NCBI RefSeq assembly: GCF_006345805.1 | Contig: NC_043010.1 | Coordinates: 15,376,001-15,440,000, forward strand | DNA from: Octopus sinensis | Lineage: Eukaryota | DNA: 64,000 nucleotides | Direction: 5' to 3' | Part shown: piece after piece, positions 23,856 to 37,147 of the stretch | Position numbering within the stretch: the stretch's first letter is position 1 | How the letters are laid out: the number at the start of each line of letters is the position of its first letter | Made by a program: the position numbers and the translations under genes | Notes under the pieces: model-generated | Told to the model about the DNA's origin: nothing | Database searches by the model: none | The model's input: the letters and a program-made list of their open reading frames with translations, nothing else

Positions 23856-23953
23856 TCTTTCTTTCCTGATGAGAAGATTACATTATTTTACACAGTTTAT
23901 TCCTTTGGAATAAAACCAACGTTGTCTTCGAAACATATGTTGAAATTAAAAGA
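23856..23953 (+). ncRNA. Type I hammerhead ribozyme in the PLE 3' region
   Basis: UUUC CUGAUGA GAAGA [47 nt] UCUUC GAAA CAUAUG UU | GAAA; palindromic ACAUAUGU stem III; inner hairpin UUUAUUCC/GGAAUAAA. Confidence 0.8.
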
Positions 23954-24003
23954 ATTTGAATAACACCTGCGTTCAACTCCATTATTTACTTTATATATAT
24001 ATA

Positions 24004-24502
24004 TATAAACAAGGGCAAAACAAAAAAATTTCAATGCCAAATATGCCGAAATAGACTTAATCGTCAATAACCATATAATTTATCACTATAAGCAGGCGTC
24101 TCGAAAGCAAGCCGATGGAAATTTCATTTAGAATTTTCTCGTCATCAGCGAAAAAATACGATAAGAAAATAAATGAGATAATTACTTACGTATGCTGTGG
24201 AAATTCTATTTTGGATATATTTGGGGGTACTTAAGTGTGCTCATGACTTGTGTTTACTTCTTCCATGGGTACAAGTAAGTATCTCATTTATTGTCTTATC
24301 GTATTTATCGCTGATGACGAGAAAATTCTAAATGAATTAACTCAGAAATTGGGACCTATCCGATAATGACGAATTTTTTTAGAAATCTCTGTCGGCTTGC
24401 TTTCGAGACGCGTGCTTATAGGGATAAATTATATGGTTATTGACGATTAAGTCTATTTCGGCATATTTGGCATTGAATTTTTTTCTTTTGCCTTTGTTTA
24501 TA
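24004..24502. repeat. Fold-back element with ~185-bp arms (right arm has a ~50-bp insertion) next to (TA)n
   Basis: 24004-24188 is the reverse complement of 24275-24502. Confidence 0.9.
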
Positions 24503-24635
24503 AGTTGTTTATAAATTTAACCTTTAAGGGTATTTTTTTAATGTGCTGGCCATTGATAAAATTTTTTCGAAAATTTTATGTATATATATAAATTTTATGT
24601 ATATATATGTATATATTATATATATATATTATATA

Positions 24636-24702
<67 letters not shown>

Positions 24703-24708
24703 TATATA

Positions 24709-24746
<38 letters not shown>

Positions 24747-24880
24747 TACATACATACATACTATACATACATATCTATATATATATATATTATATATATA
24801 TATATATATATATGTTGTGTGTGTGTGTGTGTGTGTGTGTCTGCGTGTGTATATGCATATTTTGTGAGTATATATATAAA

Positions 24881-25222
24881 GGAATGGCTGTGTGGTAAGT
24901 AGCAAGTGTCTTCTTCTATAGCCTCGGGCCGACCAAAGCTTTGTGAGTAGATTTGTAGACAGAAACCGAAGGAAGCCCGTCGTATATATGTATATATATA
25001 TATATATATATGTGTGTGTCTGTGTTTGTCCCCCCAACATCGCTTGACAACCGATGCTGGGTGTGTTTACGTCCCCGTAACATAAGCGGTTCGGCAAAAG
25101 ACACCGATAGAATAAAAGTACTAGGCTTACAAAGAATAAGTCCTGGGGGTCGATTTTGCACGACTAAAAAGGCGGTGCTCCAGCATGGCCACAGTCAAAA
25201 TGACTGAAACAAGTAAAAGAGT
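24881..25222 (+). mobile_element. SINE family A with a deletion in the head
   Basis: Consensus match. Confidence 0.85.
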
Positions 25223-25507
25223 CTATAGACACACACACATACATATATAAACGCATGCGCACACGTACAGACACAAAGACAGACACACAGTCAGACACAC
25301 ATTCACACACATACACATACACGTAATGTAAAGTTGACGATGATGTCTCAACATATCATTTACCCTGTGTACGTCGATTCGTGTAACGTGATAGTATTTA
25401 CAGTTTTTGTTCGTTTAGTTTTTAACATTAAGTTCTCTACCGTCGAGATAATCTTACTGTTTGCCTCTTATATTTTCTTGATATTAGTACTTACATACTC
25501 TTTTCTC

Positions 25508-25869
25508 TCTTTTACTCTTTTACTTGTTTCAGTCATTTGACTGCGGCCATGCTGGAGCACCACCTTTTAGTACTTATTCTATCGGTCTCTTTTTGCCGAA
25601 CCGCTAAGTGACGGGGACGTAAACACACCAGCATCGGTTGTCAAGCAATGCTAGGGGACAAACCCAAACACAGACCACACACACACACACTATACATACA
25701 TATACATATATACGACAGGCTTCTTTCTTTCAGTTTCCGTCTACAAATCCACTCACAAGGCATTGGTCGGCCCGGGGCTATAGTAGAAGACACTTGCCCA
25801 AGATGCCACGCAGTGGGACTGAACCCGCAACCGTGTGGTTGGTTAGCAAGCTACTTACCACACAGCCAC
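25508..25869 (-). mobile_element. SINE family A
   Basis: Consensus match. Confidence 0.9.
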
Positions 25870-26055
25870 ATTTATATTTTATTTTGTATTTTTGCAAACG
25901 TTTTTTTGTTGTTGTTTTGTCTTACAGCTACGAATTAGTCTTCTAATTTATAGGGCAGCCAGAGTGTGCACTTATATAATCGTTGATATCAAACTCCATC
26001 GAACTACACTCAAACTCAATACGAAACTAAACTCAAACTCTCTTTACTCTCTCGT

Positions 26056-26470
26056 TTACTCTTACTCTTTTACTTGTTCCAGTCATGTGACTGTGGCCAT
26101 GCTGGAGCACAGCCTTTTAGTCGAGCAAATCGACTTCAGGACTTATTCTTTGTAAGCCTAGTACTTATTCTATCGGTGTCTTTTGCCGAACCGCTAATGT
26201 TACGTGACGTAAACACACCAGCATCGGTTGTCAAGCGATGTTGGGGGGAGGGGGACAAACACAGACCCACAAACATATACACACGTACACATATATATAC
26301 GTATATACGACGGGCTTCTTTCAGTTTCCGTCTACCAAATCCACTCACAAGGCTTTAGTTGGCCCGAGGCTATAGTAGAAGACACTTGCCCAAGGTGCCA
26401 CGCAGTGGGACTGAACCTGGAACCATGTGGTTCGTAAGCAAGCTACATACCAGACAGCCACTCCTATGCC
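26056..26470 (-). mobile_element. SINE family A
   Basis: Consensus match. Confidence 0.9.
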
Positions 26471-26724
26471 TATATATTTTTTATAGTTTTTGTTTTTGTT
26501 TTCTTTCGAATTTATTTCAGTCATTAGATTGTGGCCATGCTGGGGCACCGCCGTGTGGAATTTTTGTCGAACGAAACAAAGCTCAGTAGTTATTCTTTAA
26601 AAAAAACCCAAAAGAAACTCTGATATCTATTCTATCGGTCTCTTTTGCCCAACCGCTAAGTTGTGAGCATGCAAACACACCATCACCGGTTATCAAATGG
26701 TAGTGGGGGACAAACACAGATACA

Positions 26725-27800
26725 AATTTGGAACTGTTCGTTCAGTATTTCACTTATCCTCATGGAATTTCCTGTGAGGGAAGCATCTTTTTGGAAGAGA
26801 GGTCCTATCCTCTGGCGCACTGTGGCCGTCTCTTTGGCAAACTTAAAGAAAGCTTTAGGGTTTGATTTGATATTTTCTATAACCCAAGCTTCTTTATCTG
26901 CTCTCTCCTTTTCATGAGACTGATGCAGACTTTTCTCAATTTCCATTAGCATTCTCTCGAGCCGAGACTTCTTAGGCGCTTGCTCAGGCGGTTGGCAATC
27001 CTTGTCCGTCGTCTCATAAGAATCCTGTTTTTGTGTGTGCTGGCCCTGCACACTGGGACATATTTGTTACATATGGCTTGTATTATTGACATGAAGCGTT
27101 TGTGTTTCATGTTAATGTCCGGTGTGGAGAGACATTTAGGCCAATCCTGTTTGAGGATCTCTTTCTCGATCAACTTCCAATTTGCTTTATGAAAGTTTAG
27201 TTTGGAGAGATTGTGGATGCTTCGTATAGACTGTGCGTCTGCGGGGGCTTTTGGTCCATACTAAGACAGCTCTATTATGTTGTGATCCGAGACCAATGTC
27301 GGCATCACTTTAACATTATGGATAATGTCCATATTCTTTGTGAAGCAGAGATCCAGTGTATTATTTGCCCTGGTTGGTTGCAGCACAATTTTCTCCATGA
27401 AAGAGGCATTTGTGAGGTGGAGCAGGGACTCTGCTTGTGCTTGCTGGTGGTGTCTCATCCCTGGGAGCATCTGTTCCCGAGGCCATTCCACATTGGGGAA
27501 CTTAAAGTCACCCATGAAGAATACACTGTTGTGTTGTTCTAGTTTGGCGAGAACGTCTCCTATTTTTGTTAGGCAGTCTTCAAACATGCTTGTGTGATTT
27601 GGGGCATCCAGTGGGCGATATGTAGTACATATGACGATATTCAATGTTCTTATGTGTACAATTTGAGTGTCACACAATGAATTTGAATATGACAACAGGA
27701 CCTGGGGCGTGAGGTAATCTCGGATGTACACTGCAACTCCACCATGACTCCTCTCTTTTCTATCTGAGCGTATGACAACATATTGCGGTTAATTTCACAA
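26725..27800 (-). pseudogene. CR1-group LINE ORF2: AP endonuclease and linker
   Basis: RSDRKERSHGGVAVYI, FMGDFKFP, NTLDLCFT, LVSDHN, IKSNPKAFFKFAK. Confidence 0.9.
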
Positions 27801-28485
27801 TGTGGACGTCTGAGGACGAATGTCCGCCAGAGGACCATGATGGTTTCCTTATCTCTGGTTTTGGATGTTCTTAGGATCCATCCAGCCAGTCGTCTGCACT
27901 TTGTCGCCATCCTGGTAATGTGCACTTGGAAAGAGGTATCATCACTCATGTCGATACCCAGGTCCCTCACTGACTTAGGCTCTGGGATTGAAATTCTCTG
28001 TGGACTGGTGTACCCTGTAAGTTTCATATTCAGTTTTGGATACTGGTAGCGCAGGGCTTGAACATTTTTCAGCATTAAACTGCATATTATTATCCTTAGC
28101 CCATCTGTAAATTGAGTCCAATTCCTGTTGCAGGTGTGCAACATCGCAGGGGTTCTGTATTTTCTGCGAGAGTTTCGTATCATCTGCATAGCATACAAGA
28201 TTAGCTATACGGGCATTTGAGGGCATATCTGAGAGGGTCACTATAAAAACAGTGGTCCCAAGACAGTGCCCTGTGGAACACTACTCACTATTGTGTGTTC
28301 ATAGAGGTGGCTCCATTAGCCACTACTATCATCTTTCAGGAAGTCATGTAACCACTCTCCATGTTTTCCAGCTATGCCAAGGTCACGCAATTTGAGGCAT
28401 ATCATACCATATCATACCTTGTCAAAAGCTTTTGCAAAATCAAGGTATATTACGTCTAGATTTGATTTGTTGAATAACTCCCTCA
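27801..28485 (-). pseudogene. CR1-group LINE ORF2: RT domain, degraded
   Basis: YLDFAKAFDKV, VPQGTVLGP, YADDTK, VRDLGI. Confidence 0.9.
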
Positions 28486-28751
28486 ACATATATATATATG
28501 TATATGTATATATATATATGCAAATATATACATATACATATAAAAATATATATACATTATAGTATATATATATATAATATATTACATATATATACATACA
28601 TATATATATAATATATATATACATACATATATATATATACATATATATATACATACATATATATATAACATATATATATTACATATATATATACATATAT
28701 ATGCATATATATATATATATATATATATACATATTTATATATATATTTATA

Positions 28752-29060
28752 ATTCCAAGAACTTCCTGGAAAGTTCCGAGGATTAGACTTCCTGGAAATT
28801 TCCAAGGATTTCATGGCACCTTCGCAGGATGAAACTTCCTGGAAAATCCGAGAACTTCCTGGAGAGCTCCAAGGATTAGAGGTCCTGGAAAATTCCATGG
28901 ACTTCCTTGAAAGTTCCTAGGATTTAATTTACTGGAAAATTCCGAGAAAGGTATTTTCGGGTCAATTTTGAGAACTTCCTGGAAAGTTACGAGGATTAGA
29001 CTTCCTTCAAAATTCTAAGGACTTCCTGGAAAGTTCCGAGGATGAGAGACTTCCTAGAAA
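28752..29060. repeat. Degenerate minisatellite (ttcctggaaagttccgaggattagac)
   Basis: About 10 variant recurrences. Confidence 0.85.
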
Positions 29061-29074
29061 GCTCCAAGGGTGAG

Positions 29075-29960
29075 ACTCCCTTGAAAATTACTTCTGGTAT
29101 ACCACAGGTATCTGTTCTTGGACCCTTACTTTTGGTTGCATATATTAATGATATAGATGCCAATTTGAGGAATGTTTCAGTGCTGAAATATGCAGATGAC
29201 ACCAAGCTGTACCTTGGAATAAAAAGAACAGATCCTATCCTGCAATCAGACCTGGATACAATGCCGCAGTGGACCTCTGACTGGCAACTCAAACTAACCG
29301 TAGACAAGTGTGTCACCATTCATTTTGGGAGGAAATATCCAGCCTTTACATACCTCCTCAGCAACACCAATCTCAAGAAGTCTTCTAGTGAACATGATCT
29401 GGGTATTATTGTAAACAACAATCTGCATTGGAGAAGCCAATATCTAAGATTGTCAAAACGGCTGAGGAGGTGCTAGCATCACTCAGTAAGACCTTTGTCA
29501 GCCACTCTCCAGCTATCTATTTATAATTGTATACGACATTGGTATGTTCACACTTGGAATTTGCATCACCAGTTTGGAACCCCTCTTTTGCTCAGCATAT
29601 AAATCTCTTGGAAACTGTTAAGAAATGTGCAAGAAAGCGAATACCGCCGTCAGACATCTACCATACTCTGAACGACTTGCATTCCTGGGCATGGATTTAT
29701 TGAAGCTCAGACTTCTGATTGACACCCACAAGATTATCCACCATATTTCCAACAACAACAACCTTGGGTACCTTTTTGAATTCCATATGACAAACACTCA
29801 CGGACATGCTTATAAAATCGAAAAACAACACAGCACCCATGACTTTCGGAAACAATTTTCATGCTCAAAATTGCAGAAGCATGGAATAAACCACCCGCAT
29901 CAGTTGTTAACTGTCGAGACACTACATCCTTCAAAACTTCCATGTGTCCTGAAATCCGCC
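29075..29960 (+). pseudogene. CR1-group LINE 3' part (RT to C-terminus)
   Basis: SGIPQVSVLGPLL, KYADDTKL, HDLGIIV, LEFASPVWNP, LPYSERLAFL. Confidence 0.9.
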
Positions 29961-29971
29961 AACAGTACACC

Positions 29972-30165
29972 TATGTTAGTGATTTGGTTCCTTCTGGTTA
30001 TCATCTGTTTCCCAACATAGAAAAACACTCAGCTGAGCACCAGTATCACTATGATGAGAACATCTTATCTGTTGTTGATGACCATTTTGATCAAGAAAAA
30101 AGCTTCTTCACCAGTGGGATCCAAGCATTGCAACTATTTATGGAAGTGTGTGGATAGTAAGAGGA
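29972..30165 (+). pseudogene. Mariner transposase C-terminal fragment
   Basis: DLVPSGYHLFPN resembles the mariner DLAPSDYHLF motif; FFTSGIQAL. Confidence 0.75.
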
Positions 30166-30519
30166 ACTATGTTAGAAAATGAACTCCATTTGGTCACATT
30201 CCATTGAGAGTGTCTTGCTCAGATTATGAACTCAGAACGCAGCGACTGGCGAAATACCGCTAAGCATTTCGTCCAGCGTGCTAATGGTTCTGCCAGCTCG
30301 CCAAACAACAACAACAATCCTTTCTACAATAGGCACAAGGCCTGTAGTTTTCTGTAGGAGAAGGTGGAAGGGACTGGTCGATTACGCCTTTCACCGGTAC
30401 TTTTTATATCGACCCCGAAGGACGAAAGTCAAGGTCAGCATTGGCGGAATTTGAACTCAAAACATAAAGACGGACAAAACACCACTAAACTTTTTTGTTC
30501 GGCGTGCTTACGATGCCTA

Positions 30520-30740
30520 TTTCTTTATTGCCCCCAAGGGGCTAAACATAGAGGGGACAAACAAGGACAGACAAAGGGACAAAGTCAATTACATCGACCC
30601 CAGTGCGTAACTGGTACTTTACTTATCGATCCCGAAAGGACGAAAGGCAAAGTCGACCTCGGCAGAGTTTGAACTCAGAACGTAACGGCAGACGAAATTA
30701 CGGCTACGCATTTCGCCCGGTGCGCTAACGGTTCTGCCAA
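30520..30740 (-). mobile_element. SINE family B (diverged relatives at 30230-30510)
   Basis: Consensus match. Confidence 0.85.
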
Positions 30741-31185
30741 TAATAAAAGTATAAAACAATACAGTTAAAAACAAAAAAACAAAACAAAAAAAAACTTGTA
30801 TAAATAAAACGAAAAAGTATTGAAAAAAAAAAAAAAGCAAAGCAAATTGTAAAAAAGTACAAAAAAAAAAAAGAAAGAAAATCTGTCCGAATATCCCTGC
30901 CTGTACGTCTTACACTTCCACTCTGTCTTACTCTCTCTCCTGCTCTTCCCCTATATCCCCTCCCCCTCTCTCTCTGTCTGTCTGTCTTTCTCTCTTTCGC
31001 CTTCCTTCTGCCTTTCCTAGATATTTTGGCGCCTTCTCTCTTAAGTAGACACAGGAAAAAATATCTATTCTTTCACTCCGCCATATCAGCGTGGTTGAAT
31101 GTGTTTTTCTTAATATTTAATTAACTCGTTCGAGCATAGAGCAAGAGAATTTCCTGCTTTCTCCTCCATATATACACTCTGCGTG

Positions 31186-31228
<43 letters not shown>

Positions 31229-31300
31229 GCACATACACACATCACACATATATATTCAAATATACATATATATATATATATATACATATATATATTATAC

Positions 31301-31348
<48 letters not shown>

Positions 31349-32074
31349 AATAGCCTATACATACATACATACATACATGCATACATACATATATACATAT
31401 ACTATAATATATATATATATGCATAGAGAGAGAGAGAGGGAGTAAGAGAGACCCACGTAAGCACATATTCATGTAATCATCTATGTTCTATGATGAAGCG
31501 TATTATGTACCTATTGCTATATCTGTCTATGTATATCTATGTGCATGTAGGTTATGTATATATATTTGTATTGTAGATGTACATTACCATGTATACATGT
31601 ATGCTCTACGTATACATATATGTATACCATGTATACATATATGCATTTGTGTGTTGCATATGTATATATATATATATATGCTTATATACATACATTTATG
31701 TACATATATATTAATATATATATATATATAATATAATATATATATATACATATACATATATACATCCGCATACATACATACATATATATATATATTATGT
31801 TATGTATTTATGTATGTACGTATGTATGTATGTATGTATGTATGTATGTATGTATTATGTATGTATGTAAATATGTGAGTGGCGTATAAATGTATTCCGC
31901 GTTTATCTATCTAGCTATCTATCTATCTCCATGCCTACATACCTATATACCTACATACCTACACATCTGTCTGTCTGTCTGTCTGTCTATGTATCTATCT
32001 ATCCACCTACCTACCTACCTACCTATCTACCTACCTACCTACCTACCTACCTACCTACCTACCTACCTACCTAC

Positions 32075-32112
<38 letters not shown>

Positions 32113-32780
32113 CTATCTATCTACATACCTACATACCTACATACCTACTTACCTACACATCTGTCTGTCTGTGTGTCTGGCTGTCTGCCTATCTGTCTAT
32201 GCATGCATGCGGTGGGGGTGGTGAGAAGAAGCGATATTTACTCGATCTAAATCCATTTAAATATTTCCCGCCATACGTGGGTACACACATACATACACTT
32301 ACCGGTTTCAACACATTCGCCATTATCATCACTATTTCCACTACCATCATCACCAACATCCTTATCCCTACTACCTACGCCCCACCGATATTATATATCT
32401 ACCATCCCCATTTCGGACCCACGAACAACACGTAGTCATGAACACCGAACATCTAGAGCCTTCACGATCGCTTCTAAATCATCCAGAATTGAGGTTCTTT
32501 AATGAGTATCCTACATTAACATAGGAAAGTCCGCACCGCATCGATTAGCCCTTTTCTGGAGATCCAGAAAATACAGGGAAGGGGTACTATTCTAATTTTA
32601 AAAAGCTCAAATAAAGAATAAGGGACTTGCATAGAATAACCTCGCCCCCCCCCACATATTTGCATACTTATTACCATATTTAAAAAATTTGTAGACAGTG
32701 GTATTCCTGTATAGCATCATTTCGTTCTATTTGAAATCATCAGTATGAAATTATCTTAAATATATTAATTAAACATTCTT

Positions 32781-33003
32781 TCTTTACTCTTTACTCTTTT
32801 ACTTGTTTCAGTCATGTGACTGTGGCCATACTGGAGCACCGCCTTTAGTCGAGCGAATCGACCCAGGACTTATTCTTTGTAAGCCTAGTACTTATTCTAT
32901 CGGTCTCTTTTGCCGAACCGCTAAGTTACGGGGACGTAAACTCACCAGCATCGGTTGTCAAGCGATGTGGGGGGGGGGGGCAAACACAGACACTCAAACA
33001 CAC

Positions 33004-33054
<51 letters not shown>

Positions 33055-33219
33055 TACGACGGGCTTCTTTCAGTTTCCGCCAACCAAATCCACTCACAAG
33101 GCTTTGGTCGGCCTGAGGCTATAGTAGAAGACACTTGCCCAAGGTGCCACGCAATGGGACTGAACCCGGAACCATGTGGTTGGTAAGCAAGCTACTTACC
33201 ACACGGCCACTACTACGCC
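32781..33219 (-). mobile_element. SINE family A, near full length
   Basis: Consensus match. Confidence 0.9.
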
Positions 33220-33595
33220 TTCTATGAAGTAATACTTCATAGTATACTTTTCCTACAACCTACGAATGTGTTGGAACCGGTAAGTGTATGTATGTGTGTA
33301 CCCACATATCGCGGGAAATATTTCCTTTTGCATTTATTCTTTAATTCTTTTACTGATCTGGAGTCACAGCAGTGCCACAATATCATTAATAGATCTGCTG
33401 GGTCGAGGCAAAAACGTATAAGATTACTAGATCATGGCTAACCTTGGGCTATCACAACTCCACCAATAAGTTTGCCGGACAGGACTGACCTGGGCTTATA
33501 CAGCATCACAACTATTTCCATCACTTTGGTCACTAGCGTGCTTTATATATATATATATATACACATACATACACACATATATACATCCACATACA

Positions 33596-33642
<47 letters not shown>

Positions 33643-33748
33643 GTGTGTATGTATTTATGTCTGTATGTATGTAAATATGTGAGTGGCGTATAAATGTATT
33701 CCGCGTTTATCTGTCTGTCTGTCTATCTATCTATCTACCTCTCTATCC

Positions 33749-33848
<100 letters not shown>

Positions 33849-33849
33849 G

Positions 33850-34053
33850 AAGGTGTTGGAGCCGCGAGAGAGGCCCAGGTGGCAGAGGCGCAACAGGGCA
33901 ACAAAGCCACCATTCGGTCACTGGTAGATGAACAGGGGCGCGAATTGCTCGAGCCAAGTAAAATGTGTGAGGCCTTTCAGCAGCATTTTGCCCGACTGTT
34001 CGGGACGAGTGGAGGGCAAGAACGTAGGGTAGACTTCAGTGCCTACCTACATA
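33850..34053 (+). pseudogene. Probable Tx1/L1-clade LINE ORF2 linker fragment running into the gap
   Basis: IRSLVDEQGRELLEPSKMCEAFQQHFARLF resembles the EN-RT linker of L1/Tx1 elements. Confidence 0.55.
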
Positions 34054-34153
34054 NNNNNNNNNNNNNNNNNNNNNNNNNNNNNNNNNNNNNNNNNNNNNNN
34101 NNNNNNNNNNNNNNNNNNNNNNNNNNNNNNNNNNNNNNNNNNNNNNNNNNNNN
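34054..34153. other. Assembly gap (100 N)
   Basis: Direct reading. Confidence 1.
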
Positions 34154-35227
34154 CAGTAAACAGTGCGTTCGCTGCCTCTTCCATCATCTGTCACAGTAGC
34201 GAGAAGGTGGGAACAGCACCATGTCAAAACATTAAACTAGTTACGGTAGTCAGTGAAAAGTATTAAAAGATTCGAGAGCAAATTAAACATTTAAAAGCTA
34301 CGAGCAAACCAACAGGAGTTGCTAGAAATAGCAGTCAAAACATTGCTTAAAACAGACATTTATTAGTTTAAAAAAACTCAAGAACGAATGTTTGCAGTAC
34401 ACTCTAGGATTTTATAAAATCAATTATCTTTTTCATATCTCCTTCTCCACATAAATTCACAAAGATGAGAGTCAACCATGGAACGGTGTGTTTCGACGCT
34501 TTAAAGATGCCCGGGTACTCTCAGTTTGTTGATTTCCCTCAATTTGCCTACATTTCTTGTGTGCATGCGCAGCTTCTTTGGTTACAATGGCAACAGAGTT
34601 CTTCATAATTAGCTATAGAACATGTGGTACTTCTTTACTAAATATGCTAACAGAACTTCACGGTGGTATCTAAAATACTCGCTTCTGATTGGCTAAAAAT
34701 ACCCGAATGCCCAAACACCGAAAGGCGAATAACATTTTTTATGAATGGGTCTAGTTTTTTTTTATCATTCGCAAAACATGCATTTTTTAAAAAGACGTAA
34801 AAAATCTGAAAATCGGCTATAATAATGTACCCTTCCAGTCTTATTGCTTTGAAGGTATGACGCTGTGGAGAAAAAAAAATAGGAGAAAAAAGTTGCAGAG
34901 GTTTAAAAATCGTAAAAAAACAGTATTTTTAGCCAATAGAAAGACAGAAATTTTCTGCGTTTAGCAGAGCGGTGTCAACTTTAAGGTTGTACCCTGTGAA
35001 ATTTATTTATACCTTAGCGTCTAATCTGTTCATTGTAGGTTTCCAAATAAACAAAAACATGCAATGAAATCAACATGTATCATCTTACTGTTTCTTTTGT
35101 CTCTTCGTTGATTGTATGCTTTTATCATTTTTTAAAGTTTGTTATATTAATATATTTGTCTGCATGTGTTTACGTTATGCGTACTTCAATATTATATATA
35201 CTTGCCATGTATTTATTTATTTATTTA

Positions 35228-35617
35228 TTTTACTTGTTTCAGTCATTTGACTGCGGCCATGCTGGAGCACCGCCTTTAGTCGAGCAAATCGACCCCAGGA
35301 CTTATTCTTTGTAAGCCTAGTACTTACTCTATCGGTCTCTTTTGCCAAACCGCTAGGTTACGGGGACATAAAACACACCAGCATCGGTTGTCAAGCAATG
35401 CTAGGAGGACAAACACAGACACACAAACATACACACATACATATATATATATACATATATACGACGGGCTTCTTTCAGTTTCCATCTACCAAATCCACTC
35501 ACAAGACAATGGTCAGCCTGAGGCTATAGTAGAAGACACTTGCCCAAGGTGCCACGCAGTGGGACTGAACCCGCAACCATGTGGTTGGTTAGCAAGCTAC
35601 TTACCACACAGCCACTC
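35228..35617 (-). mobile_element. SINE family A
   Basis: Consensus match. Confidence 0.9.
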
Positions 35618-35622
35618 AGGTG

Positions 35623-35664
<42 letters not shown>

Positions 35665-35959
35665 CATGTGTGTCCCAAACTCCAAAGTTGAGTAACGTTT
35701 CCATACTTGGATTTGTAAACTACGAACAAGCAATTTGTCCCAAGGAAAAGAATACCTGTTTCTTATATGTTTTTGCGAGCAGAATTCAGAAATAATGTCA
35801 AATTATCTGTACCACCAACAGTTTCTCTGTTCCACGATATCCCTCTCAGTTCCTGTTACGTGTGCTAAATTTCAGTTAAGCTATTGATATGTGAAGCTAA
35901 CGGTTAAAGAAATACTCCTAATTTATATTTTTATGAATAGAATTAATCTAGAATTAATA

Positions 35960-36372
35960 GGCGCAGGAGTGGCTGTGTGGTAAGTAGCTTGCTAACCAAC
36001 CACATGGTTCCGGGTTCGTCCCACTGCGTGGCATCTTGGGCAAGTGTCTTCTGCTATAGCCCCGGGCCGACCAATGCCTTGTGAGTGGATTTGGTAGACG
36101 GAAACTGAAAGAAACCTGTCGTATATATATATATATATATATGTATGTGTGATTGTGTGTTTGTGTTTGTCCCCCTAGCATTGCTTGACAACCGATGCTG
36201 GTGTGTTTATGTCCCCGTTACTTAGCGGTTCGGCAAAACAGAGACCGATAGAATAAGTACTGGGCTTACAAAAAGAATAAGTCCCGGGGTCGAGTTGCTC
36301 GACTAAAGGCGATGCTCCAGCATGGCCGCAGTCAAATGACTGAAACAAGTAAAAGAGTAAAAGAGTAAAGAG
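35960..36372 (+). mobile_element. SINE family A, full length
   Basis: Starts ggcgcaggagtggctgtgtggt; (gtaaaaga)n tail; gaattaat on both flanks. Confidence 0.9.
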
Positions 36373-36701
36373 AGAATTAATCTAGTGAAATCATAAATCC
36401 AGCTATCTGAGTCGATGAGTCCCAAAAATATATGAAACGAAAAATATGTAAAAATACTGAGGGACAACAAAAACAACAGCGGCACAGACAACAGTGAACC
36501 ATAACACAGCATGTGGTTGTCATGGTAACAAGCTGCTAACCCCACGTTGTCGGTTGATTGGCTAAAACTACCCAAATTTCCCAACTTTAAATCCAAATAA
36601 CATCAGATTCTTAAATTTACGAGTTAAAGTAATACACCAAAATTAAAAGCAATCTGAGCAAAATTAAGAGGGGTTCATTTTGCGAATGAGAAAGACTAGA
36701 T

Positions 36702-36921
36702 CAGTGCTTTTCAACCTTTTTGCTGGAGCGGAAACCCAAGGAAACATTCCACTGGCTCGAGAAACTCCTGTGCAATAATTTAATTGTCTTATGCACACAT
36801 ATCTGCACAGGAGAATTAAAAATTACTGTCGATTTTTAGCATTTTTGTAACTTCTTGCGGAACCCCTGGACTGTACTGGCGGAACCCTAAGGTTCCACGG
36901 AACCTTGGTTGAAAACCACTG
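36702..36921. mobile_element. hAT (Charlie-like) MITE, 220 bp
   Basis: TIRs cagtgcttttcaacc / ggttgaaaaccactg; exact 8-bp TSD gactagat. Confidence 0.9.
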
Positions 36922-37147
36922 GACTAGATCCTTATGAATTTATAGAAAAAATGAATTTCATTTTCATAATTAGTATACAAAACTTAATCTATATACCAAA
37001 TTCGAAAACAACTGGAACAAAAGTGTAGACAGTGACGATAACTGTAAAGACCCGCGACGGCCGTAAGAGCGCTTTGAATACATTATATAAAGCACTGCCT
37101 GTCATACTTCCAAGCTGGCAACCAACCACTTGGCAAAGGATAACGAC

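Larger units (their letters stand above)
22075..23990. mobile_element. Penelope-like retroelement, 5'-truncated, with inverted 5' segment
   Basis: RT and linker on minus, GIY-YIG and HHR-bearing 3' region on plus, (TTA)n/(AAT)n at the two breakpoints, (TA)n at the 3' end. Confidence 0.85.

Noticed and set aside
24305-24420. CTGATGA in the 24-kb fold-back as a hammerhead
   Set aside because: No stem II closing onto GAAA and no stem I or III pairing
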